A DNA stretch of 26,267 nt from Chthoniobacteraceae bacterium (GTDB lineage: Bacteria > Verrucomicrobiota > Verrucomicrobiia > Chthoniobacterales > Chthoniobacteraceae), in contig JBEBGD010000078.1 in assembly GCA_040081625.1 (NCBI GenBank), positions 1 to 26,267 on the forward strand, written 5' to 3'. The translations under genes and the position numbers were made by a program. Shown here in pieces: positions 8,875 to 17,298 of the stretch. The notes under the pieces are model-generated. The model saw only the letters and a list, made by a program, of their open reading frames with translations, had not been told where the DNA came from and ran no database searches. Within the stretch, counting starts at the first letter, position 1. Each line of letters begins with the position of its first letter.

Positions 8875-10790
8875 CTGGCCGCCGCGTTGCGGAAGCTGCG
8901 CCACCACTGCGTCGGCAGCGAGCCGAGCGCGATGAGCGCGACCTGGGTGGCGGCGAAGCCGAGCAGCCACCAGAACGCCGCTTCCATGAACCCGTAGCTG
9001 TGCAGCCCGATGCCGAGCATGTTCACACCGAACCAGCTCCACGCGGTCACGACGTTGCCGAAGATGGCCATGTTCATCAGCCCGCGCTCGCGCACGAGTC
9101 CGCCCCAGCGCGCGTGCAGGATCAGCGCATTCCACAGCACGATGATCAGCGCGCCGTTTTCCTTCGCATCCCAGCCCCAGAACCGGCCCCAGCTTTGATC
9201 CGCCCAGATGCCGCCGAGCACGGTGCCCACGAAGCTGAAGAGCGTGGCGAAGCACGTGATGCCATAGACCATCTTGCCGAGGCTCTTCGCCGTGGCCGGG
9301 TCGAGCCCGCGGGTGAAGAAGCCGCGCACGATGTATAGGATCGCGAGGAACCCGGCGACGAAGGTGGCCGAATAGCCAAGCGTGATGATGACCACGTGCG
9401 TCGCGAGCCAGAAGTTCGTGTCGAGCACGGCGCGCATCATCTCCATCGTATCGCCGGCGAGCGAGAGGTGATGTGCGATCAGCAGCGTGCTGAAAGCGCA
9501 CACGCACGAGATCACCACGCCGACCCCGTTCTTCCAAAATGCCTCGAGCACGAGGCCGAGGATGATGCAGCCCCAGCCGATGAAGATGGCGCTCGAGTAG
9601 AGATTGGTCACCGGCGGTCGGCCTTCGAGGATCATGCGCCAGAGCAGGCCGGAGGTATGCACGGCCAGCCCGAGCAAGACCACCCAGACCGCCGCACGAC
9701 GGAGCACTTCCCATTTCGCCGGTCGCGCCCAGAAGCTGATCGCGCAGAGCCCGGCGATGACGAAGAGCACCATGCCCTTGTAGAAGGGTTCGTAGAAGTT
9801 GAAGACCTGTTCGCTCCCCGCCTTGCCAAGTTGCCGGTGGTAATTGGCATTGAGCGAGACGCGGAAGTCGCGCACCGCTTCGTTGAAGGCGCCGGGGATG
9901 CCGGCTTTGTAGGCGCTGGCCATGCGCGCGTAATTGTTCACCGCCGCGCCGGGCGGCTCGCCGCGCGCGATCTGCATGAGCGCCTCGCCCATGCGCTGCC
10001 ACTTCTCGTCCGCCGTGTGCGTATGGCCGGCGTGGTCGGCCCCGACCGCGGGCGGCACCACCAGCGGCGGCTCGAGCTGGGTCATCGCATCGAAGCGCTG
10101 GAGATCGCGCATGAGTTCCTCGAGCGCCTGCTTGTCGTATTCCTTGCCCGCGTTCTGCGCGATGGCCGCGGCGCGGCCCGGCTCGATGGTCGTGAGGTAA
10201 TGGCCCAGCTCGGCGTTCCAATCCTGCGCGTTCTGCGGCTGGATCATGTTTTGCATCCGCATGTAGAGCCCGACGCCACTCCACAGGTGCATCACGGCTT
10301 TCTCGAAGGGATTGCGGTGCTTCTCGTTCTTGGCAGCGGAGCGCTTGGCCTCGTCCTGGAGTTCCTTGAGCCGCGGCTGGAGCTGGATCCACGAGAAGTG
10401 CTTGCCATCGAGCTGCGCGCTGGCGTCCGCGTCCATGGGCAGCTTCATCAGCCCCTTGAGATCCGGGTGGTCGATGCGGAAGACCGTCCGCGTGTCGGCG
10501 ACCTTTGGGTTCATCGTCATCTCCATGAGCCACTCGGTCGCGGAGATGATCTTCGGCTTGTCGAAGGAACCCTTCCACGACTCGGTGTTGAGGCTCTGCT
10601 TTTCGCGAAGCTGGAGCAGGCTGTTGCGCGCGAGGCTGTCGAGCGGCTGGAAGCGGCCATTGTAAACGACGGGCAGGCGGCCCCATTCGGCGACGGCGAA
10701 ATCCGCGGGCTTGTCCTTGGGAGCCCGGATGCTGCCGGCGACCCATACGGCGAGGATGGCGGTGAGAAGGAAAGGGATGCGCTGGATCAT
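8871..10790 (-). CDS. ccsA: System II cytochrome c biogenesis protein CcsA/ResC with a large periplasmic N-terminal domain
   Basis: GRPPVTNLY, VLDTNFWLATHV, WWD motif GGIWADQSWGRFWGWDAKE, LHAR, FGVNMLGIGLHSYG. Confidence 0.92.
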   Translation of the reverse strand: MIQRIPFLLTAILAVWVAGSIRAPKDKPADFAVAEWGRLPVVYNGRFQPLDSLARNSLLQLREKQSLNTESWKGSFDKPKIISATEWLMEMTMNPKVADTRTVFRIDHPDLKGLMKLPMDADASAQLDGKHFSWIQLQPRLKELQDEAKRSAAKNEKHRNPFEKAVMHLWSGVGLYMRMQNMIQPQNAQDWNAELGHYLTTIEPGRAAAIAQNAGKEYDKQALEELMRDLQRFDAMTQLEPPLVVPPAVGADHAGHTHTADEKWQRMGEALMQIARGEPPGAAVNNYARMASAYKAGIPGAFNEAVRDFRVSLNANYHRQLGKAGSEQVFNFYEPFYKGMVLFVIAGLCAISFWARPAKWEVLRRAAVWVVLLGLAVHTSGLLWRMILEGRPPVTNLYSSAIFIGWGCIILGLVLEAFWKNGVGVVISCVCAFSTLLIAHHLSLAGDTMEMMRAVLDTNFWLATHVVIITLGYSATFVAGFLAILYIVRGFFTRGLDPATAKSLGKMVYGITCFATLFSFVGTVLGGIWADQSWGRFWGWDAKENGALIIVLWNALILHARWGGLVRERGLMNMAIFGNVVTAWSWFGVNMLGIGLHSYGFMEAAFWWLLGFAATQVALIALGSLPTQWWRSFRNAAAS

Positions 10791-10793
10791 GGC

Positions 10794-12053
10794 TTAAGCG
10801 GTGGCCGCGGTGAGGCGGCGTTTCTGGATGAACCCGGTGAGGTGATAGAAGAACTGCCAGAGCATCCCGATCGCGACGACGATGCAGCCGGCGTAAGGCG
10901 TCAGCCAGCCCGGGTTCTTGACGACCTGGAGTCCGCTGCGGCCCACGTCCTTCACGTCATCGCGCCCCATGGTGCTCTGGTAGAAAGTGAGGCCCTCATA
11001 GCGAAGCGGGCTGTTCATATAGACCTCCACCTCCCGCTTTTCGCCCGTGTCCGGGTTGTCGATGCGGATGCGGCTGCGGAAGTCCTTCGGGATCTCGCTG
11101 CCCGGATAGGTATCGTGCGTCGTCTTGAGCAGCGTGACGCTGAAAGGCTTGTAAAAGCGCGCCGCACGCAGCGTCATCCGCCACTTCACGCCCCCGGCTT
11201 CGAGCTCCTGTGGCGCGCCGAGCTTGTCGGCGATGGTCTGCGCGGAATCGGCGCCGACGGTGCGCGCATAGGCATTGCGGACGCCCTGGATCATCATCGC
11301 GTCGCTCGCCCACGCCGAGACGACCCACGTGCCGAGCACCTCGCCCTTCGCGCCGGCCAGCTCGAGGATCGCGGTCGGGTTGTTGCGCTCGTCCATCTTC
11401 TTCGTCTCGGGGATGGCGTGGAAGTCCCAGTCCTTGGCTATCCCATTCTCCGAGATCGGCGGATCGGTCTGCTGCATCGGCGCGCGGAAGGCGGGCTCGC
11501 TATTGATCCACCACGTGCGGACCCGGATGGTGAAGGGCAGCTTCGGGTCGCGCAGCTCCGCGCCATCACGCAGCAGCGCCTCGGGGATGGCCACGACCTG
11601 CTCCTGGCGCTCGTCGAGCGGGTGGACGAATGCCAGCTCCCACTGCTGGGTGGCCTCGGAGAAATGACGCGTCTCGCCTTCGCGGAAGCTGAGGATGCTC
11701 TCCTGCGCGAACTGGTCGGTGATGAGCTGGCCGAGCAGCAGCAGGATGATGCCGGTGTGGGTGAGATTGATGCCCGCCTGCCGCCACGTGAACTTGAAGC
11801 GCTTGATGTGCGCGGCCGTGAGATTCACCAGCAGCAGGATGCCGAGCAGATAGCCACCGGGGAAAATCGGCGGCACATAGAGCGGATCGCCCGCCCGCCG
11901 CAGCACGAAGTAGCTGCGAAACCACCGCGCCAGCGCCCCGTAGAGCCCCTCATCGATCTGCGCCAGCGTGCCGAGAAAGACGAGCACCACGCAAAACCCG
12001 AGCAGGATGACGGTGAGGCGGAGAGAGGTGAAGATTTTCCAGAGATAGGTCAT
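10794..12053 (-). CDS. resB: System II cytochrome c biogenesis protein ResB/CcsB-like
   Basis: FTSLRLTVILL..LVFLGTLAQ N-terminus, TM His in THTGIILLLLG, PF.V.L......YPG..IPKDF.S, MNSPLRY.G.TFYQS, V.KNPG..PY.G; ends 3 nt before the ccsA start. Confidence 0.85.
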   Translation of the reverse strand: MTYLWKIFTSLRLTVILLGFCVVLVFLGTLAQIDEGLYGALARWFRSYFVLRRAGDPLYVPPIFPGGYLLGILLLVNLTAAHIKRFKFTWRQAGINLTHTGIILLLLGQLITDQFAQESILSFREGETRHFSEATQQWELAFVHPLDERQEQVVAIPEALLRDGAELRDPKLPFTIRVRTWWINSEPAFRAPMQQTDPPISENGIAKDWDFHAIPETKKMDERNNPTAILELAGAKGEVLGTWVVSAWASDAMMIQGVRNAYARTVGADSAQTIADKLGAPQELEAGGVKWRMTLRAARFYKPFSVTLLKTTHDTYPGSEIPKDFRSRIRIDNPDTGEKREVEVYMNSPLRYEGLTFYQSTMGRDDVKDVGRSGLQVVKNPGWLTPYAGCIVVAIGMLWQFFYHLTGFIQKRRLTAATA

Positions 12054-12080
12054 GGGTAGGTCGGAAAGGCGGTGGCGGGA

Positions 12081-12163
12081 TTCTTACTCCTGCTCTTACT
12101 CATATTCTTACTCTGTGCCCGTCGCGTTCTTAGTCCGGCGCAGAGTAAGAGTAAGACGAGCAG
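12081..12163. repeat. Intergenic imperfect inverted repeat built from TCTTAC/GTAAGA units (REP-like)
   Basis: TCTTACTC at 12082, 12094 and 12106 (12-nt period). TCTTACTCTG (12106-12115) is the exact reverse complement of CAGAGTAAGA (12141-12150), followed by GTAAGACGAGCAG. Confidence 0.7.
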
Positions 12164-12172
12164 TTGCGCCAC

Positions 12173-13150
12173 TCACGGCGTTGATTTTGCGAAGCGGATG
12201 AAATCCTCCTTCGCCGCGTCCACTGCGAGCGCGTCGCCGAGCAGCTTGTAGAAGAACCACTGCCCGTCGCGGGGCACGATCGCGCCGAGCATCACACGCG
12301 GCTCGTTGCGCAACTCCACGAACATGGCCCCCGGCGTGGCGTCGAGCGGGCGGGTGACGGTGCCGAGCGCAGCCTCGTCGATCTCGGCGAGGCCGATCTG
12401 ACCGCGCCAGCGGTTCACATTCGCCAGCACGCCTCCGCTCTCGCTCGGAAAAACACTCACCGTCACATCCCCCTTCGCGGCTTCCACCGCCGGCACGGAG
12501 AATTTCGCCACCTGCATCGCGCCGATTGATTGCACCGTCCAGGCCGGCGGCACCGTCCACTTGTAGCCGCTCCCCGCTCCCTGCTCCCCGCTCGCTGCGC
12601 CCTGCTCAAAGCGCACGGTCTTCACGAACTCGATGAACTCCGCCTTGCGCGCCATCACCGCGGCGTCGTCCCCAGCGAGCTTGAAGAACCAACTGCGCGA
12701 CCCGCGATGCAGCATCGCCGCCACGGTGCGCGCGGGCTTGCCGTCGCGCGAGCCATTGATCTCGAAGACGTGGCCCTGCCCACCCGCGACTTCGGCGGGC
12801 TGGAGCACCTTCGCCATCTCCTCGGGCGAGAGCGGCCCGAGCTGCACCTGCTCGCGCCACATGTTCACGAGCGCATCCTCGCGCCCGGCGAGGTTCGGCA
12901 GCGGCGTGATCGCCACGGTCGCGCCGCCGCTCGCATCATCGATGGCGAAAGAGGCGGCGTTCATCTGGCCCGCCGGCGTCTGCGTCCAGCCCGGCGGCAG
13001 CTTCCACGCGAGCTGCGGGAGCGGCTCGGCGGCGGGCTCCGGCACTGCGGCATCGAGCGCGCTCTCGCGCGGCGCGACGTAGGAATGAATCGCCGGCTTC
13101 CGACAGCCCGTGAGGGCGAGCACGACGAGGAGAAAAAGTAGGCGGGTCAT
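12173..13150 (-). CDS. Hypothetical lipoprotein with two tandem homologous domains
   Basis: Lipobox MTRLLFLLVVLALTG|C. Two copies of W..P..W...M..A.F....V......G.....VN.WR.Q..L ... W(F)F[FY]KL.GD...V...K..FI.F.K[TS]. Confidence 0.85.
   Translation of the reverse strand: MTRLLFLLVVLALTGCRKPAIHSYVAPRESALDAAVPEPAAEPLPQLAWKLPPGWTQTPAGQMNAASFAIDDASGGATVAITPLPNLAGREDALVNMWREQVQLGPLSPEEMAKVLQPAEVAGGQGHVFEINGSRDGKPARTVAAMLHRGSRSWFFKLAGDDAAVMARKAEFIEFVKTVRFEQGAASGEQGAGSGYKWTVPPAWTVQSIGAMQVAKFSVPAVEAAKGDVTVSVFPSESGGVLANVNRWRGQIGLAEIDEAALGTVTRPLDATPGAMFVELRNEPRVMLGAIVPRDGQWFFYKLLGDALAVDAAKEDFIRFAKSTP
12569..12607 (+). repeat. Degenerate 7-bp tandem repeat (GCTCCCY) inside the lipoprotein linker
   Basis: gctcccc gctccct gctcccc gctcgct gcgccct gctc; on the coding strand it translates as EQGAASG-EQGAGS. 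Confidence 0.7.
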
Positions 13151-13225
13151 TAAGGAGCGGTGCGGATAAGCGGTGTCGGGTCCGTGGACAACCGCGAATC
13201 ACGCAGCTTCCTAGGCACCGGTTCT

Positions 13226-13301
13226 TCTACTTCTCCTTCTTCATCTACATCGGCTTCTCATCCGCACGCGAAGCAGATGAAGATGAAGAAGCAGAAGGAG
13301 A
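13226..13301. repeat. Intergenic long imperfect inverted repeat (26-bp arms) of pyrimidine/purine tracts; possible RNA stem-loop
   Basis: 13226-13251 tctacttctccttcttcatctacatc versus reverse complement of 13276-13301 tctccttctgcttcttcatcttcatc: 3 mismatches in 26, plus an inner gcttc/gaagc stem. Confidence 0.75.
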
Positions 13302-13315
13302 TCGCCGCTTCGCGG

Positions 13316-14719
13316 CTACGCGATGATCTCCTTCACCACATTCCCGCTCACATTCGTGAGTCTGAAATCACGCCCGGCATACCGATACGTGAGCTTCTCG
13401 TGGTCGAGCCCGAGCAGCGCGAGGATCGTCGCGTGCAGGTCGGTGATATGCACCTTCCCATCCACCGCCTCGTAGCCGTAGTCGTCTGTCGCGCCGTGGC
13501 TGATGCCGCCCTTCACGCCGCCGCCGGCCATCCACATCGTGTAGCCTTTCGCGTTGTGATCGCGCCCATCGGGCCGGCGTCCATCCGGCGTGCGGCCAAA
13601 CTCGCCGCCCCACAGCACGAGCGTGTCCTTGAGCAGATCGCGCTGCGCCAGGTCGGTGAGCAGCGCCGCGATCGGCTGGTCGGTCGCCGCGCAATTCGCG
13701 CGCAGCCGCGTGCTGAGCTGCTGGTGCTGATCCCAGCCCGCGTGGCAGACCTCGATGTAGCGCACGCCCGCCTCGGCGAAGCGCCGCGCCATCAGGCACT
13801 GCTTCCCGAAATCGTCCGCCGGCCCCTTGCCGATTCCATACATCGCCTTGGTCGCCGCGGTCTCGTTTGAGAAGTCCATGACCTTCGGAATCTCGCCCTG
13901 CATCCGGAAGGCGAGCTCGAACGATTCGATCACGCCCTCGATCTCCGGGTTGTCGCCGCTCTGCTTGAGCATCTCGCGATTCATCTCCTGCACGAGATCG
14001 AGCTGCTTGCGCTGCAGGCCGGTCGGCAGGTCTTCGTTCTTCAAGTTTCCGATCGACGCGTCGCCCACGTCCGCGCGCTGCTGGCCGATGCGCGTGCCTT
14101 GATACACCGCGGGCAAAAACGAGCTGCCGAAAAGCTGCGCGCCGCCGAGCTGGAGCGGGGGACTGATCGTGATGAAGCCGGGCAGGTTCTGGTTCTCCGT
14201 GCCGAGCCCATAGAGCGCCCACGCGCCCATGCTCGGCCGCACGAATTGCGCGCTGCCCGTGTGCAGTTGCACGAAGGCCTGCGGATGATTCGGGATGTCC
14301 GTGTTCATGCCGTGCAGCATGCACATCTTGTCGGCGTGTTTGGCCACTTCCGGGAAAAGCTCGCTGATCCACAGCCCGCCCTGCCCGCGCTGCTCGAACG
14401 CGAACGGCGACCCGAACAGCTTCGCCCCGCCGCCGCGCGCGACGCCGGCCTTGCCGTCGTCCTCCTTGAGCTTCGGCTTGTAGTCGAAAAGATCCTGGTG
14501 CGCCGGGCCGCCCTGCATCGCGAGGAAGATCACGCGCTTGGCCTTCGCGGGGAAGTGCGGCGCCTTTGGCATGAGCGGATTGCCGCTCGCGGCCTCGGCG
14601 GTGGCGAGTCCCTTGAACGCGAGCCAGCCGAAGCCGGCGGAGACGGTGCTGAGCAACTGGCGGCGGGTGAAGGCGCCCGGCGTCACGCCGGAGCATTCGT
14701 AGGGGCGGTGGATGTTCAT
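13316..14719 (-). CDS. DUF1501 family protein (sulfatase-like, PVC-enriched), Tat signal
   Basis: TRRQLL twin-arginine motif, HFPAKAKRVIFL.M.GGP.H.D.FDYKP, RPSMGAW..YGLG.EN.NLPGF, FELAFRMQ, CL.ARR..E.GVR, WDQH, DTLV.WGGEFGRTP, GRDHN, DLHATIL.LLG.DHE.LT. Confidence 0.93.
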   Translation of the reverse strand: MNIHRPYECSGVTPGAFTRRQLLSTVSAGFGWLAFKGLATAEAASGNPLMPKAPHFPAKAKRVIFLAMQGGPAHQDLFDYKPKLKEDDGKAGVARGGGAKLFGSPFAFEQRGQGGLWISELFPEVAKHADKMCMLHGMNTDIPNHPQAFVQLHTGSAQFVRPSMGAWALYGLGTENQNLPGFITISPPLQLGGAQLFGSSFLPAVYQGTRIGQQRADVGDASIGNLKNEDLPTGLQRKQLDLVQEMNREMLKQSGDNPEIEGVIESFELAFRMQGEIPKVMDFSNETAATKAMYGIGKGPADDFGKQCLMARRFAEAGVRYIEVCHAGWDQHQQLSTRLRANCAATDQPIAALLTDLAQRDLLKDTLVLWGGEFGRTPDGRRPDGRDHNAKGYTMWMAGGGVKGGISHGATDDYGYEAVDGKVHITDLHATILALLGLDHEKLTYRYAGRDFRLTNVSGNVVKEIIA

Positions 14720-14725
14720 GAGTAT

Positions 14726-17164
14726 TTAGCGGAGGTAACGGAATTCCGCGCTCGCAAAGAGCGCCTGGCAAAAGGTCGTCCACCCGAGATCGTCGCCGTG
14801 CTCGGCGATGTAGCCGCGCGCGCGCTCCGTCTCCGCCGGCGTCGCGCCGCGGCCGAGCGCGAGCTGGTAGGCGAGCTCGATGCGCTGCGGCTGGTCCTTT
14901 TTCGCCGCGAGCACGCGCTTCGCGAGCGCCGCGGACTGCTCGCGGACGAACGGATTGTTCATCAGGTAGAGCGCCTGCGAGGGCACATTGGTCACATCGC
15001 GCGCGGCCACGACGAGGCTCGGCTCGGCGAAGTCGAAGAGGTCGAGCACCTCGGGCACGCAATCGCGCACGATCGGCAGATACACGCTGCGCTTGTGCGA
15101 CTCGTAATCGGTGAACGCCTCCGGCTTCACGCCGCGGCCGACGTAGGCATCGCCGACGGTGGCGACGTAGGACGCCTCGCCCGGCTTGAGATCGAGCTGG
15201 CCGCTTGCCGCGAGCATCGCGTCGCGGATCGCCTCGGCATTGAGCCGGCGCGGCGTCTGGTGCCAGATGAGCCGGTTGTCGGGATCGATCTCATTCGCCG
15301 CGGAGTCGTGCGCGGTGCCGAGCTGATACGCGCGGCTGAGCACGATCGAGCGCACGAGCGCCTTCACGCTCCAGCCCTGGTCCATGAACTTCACCGCGAG
15401 CGTGTCGAGCAGCGCCGGGTTGCCCGGCTTCTCGCCCGTCGCGCCGAAATTGTCCGGCGTGCGCACGATCCCCTGGCCGAAGAGATACGACCACACGCGG
15501 TTCACCATCACGCGCGCGGTCTGCGGATTCTCGCGCGAGGTCAGCCAGTCGGCGAACTGCACGCGTCCGCTCGCGTCGGTGGGAATGGCGGGCGCGTTCT
15601 TCGCCGAGAGCACCTGCACGAAGCCGCGCGGCACCGTGTCGGTCGGTTGATCGACCTCGCCGCGCGTGAGCATCCGCGCATCGACCGGCGAACCTTCGCG
15701 CACGCCCATCGCCTGCACCGCGCCCGGCGCCGGATCGTTCTTCTTCGCCGCATACGCTCCGCCCTTTTTCTTCTTCGCATTGGCGGTGGCGGCGGCGAAG
15801 CGCTCCAGGAGCTGCTCCTTCTGCGCGGGCGAGAGGTTCTTGAACTTCGCGGCCTTCTTCGGATCGCTCTTCGCGAGCATCGCGATGCGTTGCTCCATCG
15901 CCGCCATCGTGCGCTCCGCGGGCTTCTCCGCTGCGTCGGCGGCGGGCGCGGCGGGCCGGCCTTCGTTGAGCGCGATCAGCGGGCTCGCGTTGCGGTTCCT
16001 GCCGCCGACGGTGTCGGTGCCGTAGAGCGTCTGCGTGCTGCGGAAGATGCCGGCCAGCGCGTAGTAGTCGCGCTGCGGGATGGGATCGAACTTGTGATCG
16101 TGACAGCGCGCACACGCGACCGTCACGCCGAGCACGGCCTTCGTCGCCACGTCGATCTGCTCGTCGATCATATCCATGCGGAACTGCTCCTTGTTCCGCT
16201 CGTTCATGCTCTTCGGCCCCATCGCGAGGAAGCCCGTGGCGACCGTGAGCGCATCGCGCGCCGCGGCGTCGGCGGCGGGCAGCAGGTCGCCGGCGATCTG
16301 TTCGCGCACGAACTGATCGTAAGGCTTGTCCGCGTTCACCGCCGCGACGACCCAGTCGCGATACCGCCACGCCTCGGGGTAGGTGAAGTTGCGCTCCTTG
16401 CCCGTGCTCTCCGCGTAGCGCGCGACATCGAGCCAGTGCCGGCCCCAGCGTTCGCCGAATTGCGGCGACGCGAGCAGCTTGTCCACGACCGCCGCGAGCG
16501 CCGCGTCCCGGTCCCGGTCTGCCGCCGCGACGAAGGCTCCCACTTCCTCCGGCGTCGGCGGCAGGCCGATCAGATCAAAGTAAACGCGCCGCACGAGCGC
16601 GCGCGGCCCGGCATCGGCGACGGGCCGCAGCTTCTTCTCCTCGAGCCCGGCGAGGATGAAGCGATCCACGTCCGTGCGCGGCCACACCGTGTCCTTCACC
16701 GCGGGCGCGGCGGCGGCGACCGGCGGCTGAAAGGCCCAGAACTCGCGCCCCTTCTCGATGTCGATCGCCACCTTCTCCGTCTTCGCCGTGCCCTCGCGCG
16801 GATCGGGCGCGCCCATCGCGATCCACTTCTCGAAGTCCGCGACCACATCCGCGCTGAGCTGCTCCTTGGGCGGCATCGCCATGTCCTTGTCCTCCCAGCT
16901 CATCGCCTTGAGCAGCACGGAATTTTTCGGATCGCCCGGCACCACCACCGCGCCGCTGTCGCCGCCGGCGAGCACGCCTGCGCGGGTGTCGAGCGTCAGC
17001 CCGCCCTTGATCTTCTCCGCGTCGTTGGAGTGGCACTTGTAGCACTTGGCCACCAGCACGGGCCGGATGCGCTGCTCGAAGAAATCGATCTGCGCCGGAT
17101 TGGGCGCGACCGCGGCAGCGGCGAGGTTCACAAAGGCGGGAAGTGCGGCGAGGAGGATGCGCAT
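14726..17164 (-). CDS. PSD1/planctomycete cytochrome c domain protein (PSCyt1 + DUF1549 + DUF1553), two CxxCH motifs
   Basis: Signal peptide from ATG 17164; FFE.RIRPVL...CYKCH; MPP....L.......F..WI.MGA.DPR; LVRR.YFDLIGLPPT; FGERWGRHWLDVARYAES; CARCHDHKFDPI; ARVMVNRVW..LFG.G; RRL.AE.IRD..L; RSVYLP; PSQAL..MN; L..S.EF.Y. Confidence 0.93.
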   Translation of the reverse strand: MRILLAALPAFVNLAAAAVAPNPAQIDFFEQRIRPVLVAKCYKCHSNDAEKIKGGLTLDTRAGVLAGGDSGAVVVPGDPKNSVLLKAMSWEDKDMAMPPKEQLSADVVADFEKWIAMGAPDPREGTAKTEKVAIDIEKGREFWAFQPPVAAAAPAVKDTVWPRTDVDRFILAGLEEKKLRPVADAGPRALVRRVYFDLIGLPPTPEEVGAFVAAADRDRDAALAAVVDKLLASPQFGERWGRHWLDVARYAESTGKERNFTYPEAWRYRDWVVAAVNADKPYDQFVREQIAGDLLPAADAAARDALTVATGFLAMGPKSMNERNKEQFRMDMIDEQIDVATKAVLGVTVACARCHDHKFDPIPQRDYYALAGIFRSTQTLYGTDTVGGRNRNASPLIALNEGRPAAPAADAAEKPAERTMAAMEQRIAMLAKSDPKKAAKFKNLSPAQKEQLLERFAAATANAKKKKGGAYAAKKNDPAPGAVQAMGVREGSPVDARMLTRGEVDQPTDTVPRGFVQVLSAKNAPAIPTDASGRVQFADWLTSRENPQTARVMVNRVWSYLFGQGIVRTPDNFGATGEKPGNPALLDTLAVKFMDQGWSVKALVRSIVLSRAYQLGTAHDSAANEIDPDNRLIWHQTPRRLNAEAIRDAMLAASGQLDLKPGEASYVATVGDAYVGRGVKPEAFTDYESHKRSVYLPIVRDCVPEVLDLFDFAEPSLVVAARDVTNVPSQALYLMNNPFVREQSAALAKRVLAAKKDQPQRIELAYQLALGRGATPAETERARGYIAEHGDDLGWTTFCQALFASAEFRYLR

Positions 17165-17298
17165 GGGGTCGATGAGGAAACAGCAGTTCAACCAGAAATT
17201 CGGACAATAGACTCGCACCGAGCGCCCACCCATCCCGGTAAGGCCCGCGCCGCCGAAACTACCCGCCGCGGCTCGCACTCGCGGGTTGTCCTCCCGCC

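Noticed and set aside
12081..13301. Possible CRISPR array from the repeated AT-rich motifs
   Set aside because: There are no identical 25-40 bp repeats with unique spacers and no cas genes. The motifs are local inverted repeats.
13160..13315. ORF start translating as SSTSPSSSSTSAS...KQMKMKKQKE
   Set aside because: It is just the translation of the pyrimidine/purine inverted repeat and continues antisense into DUF1501.
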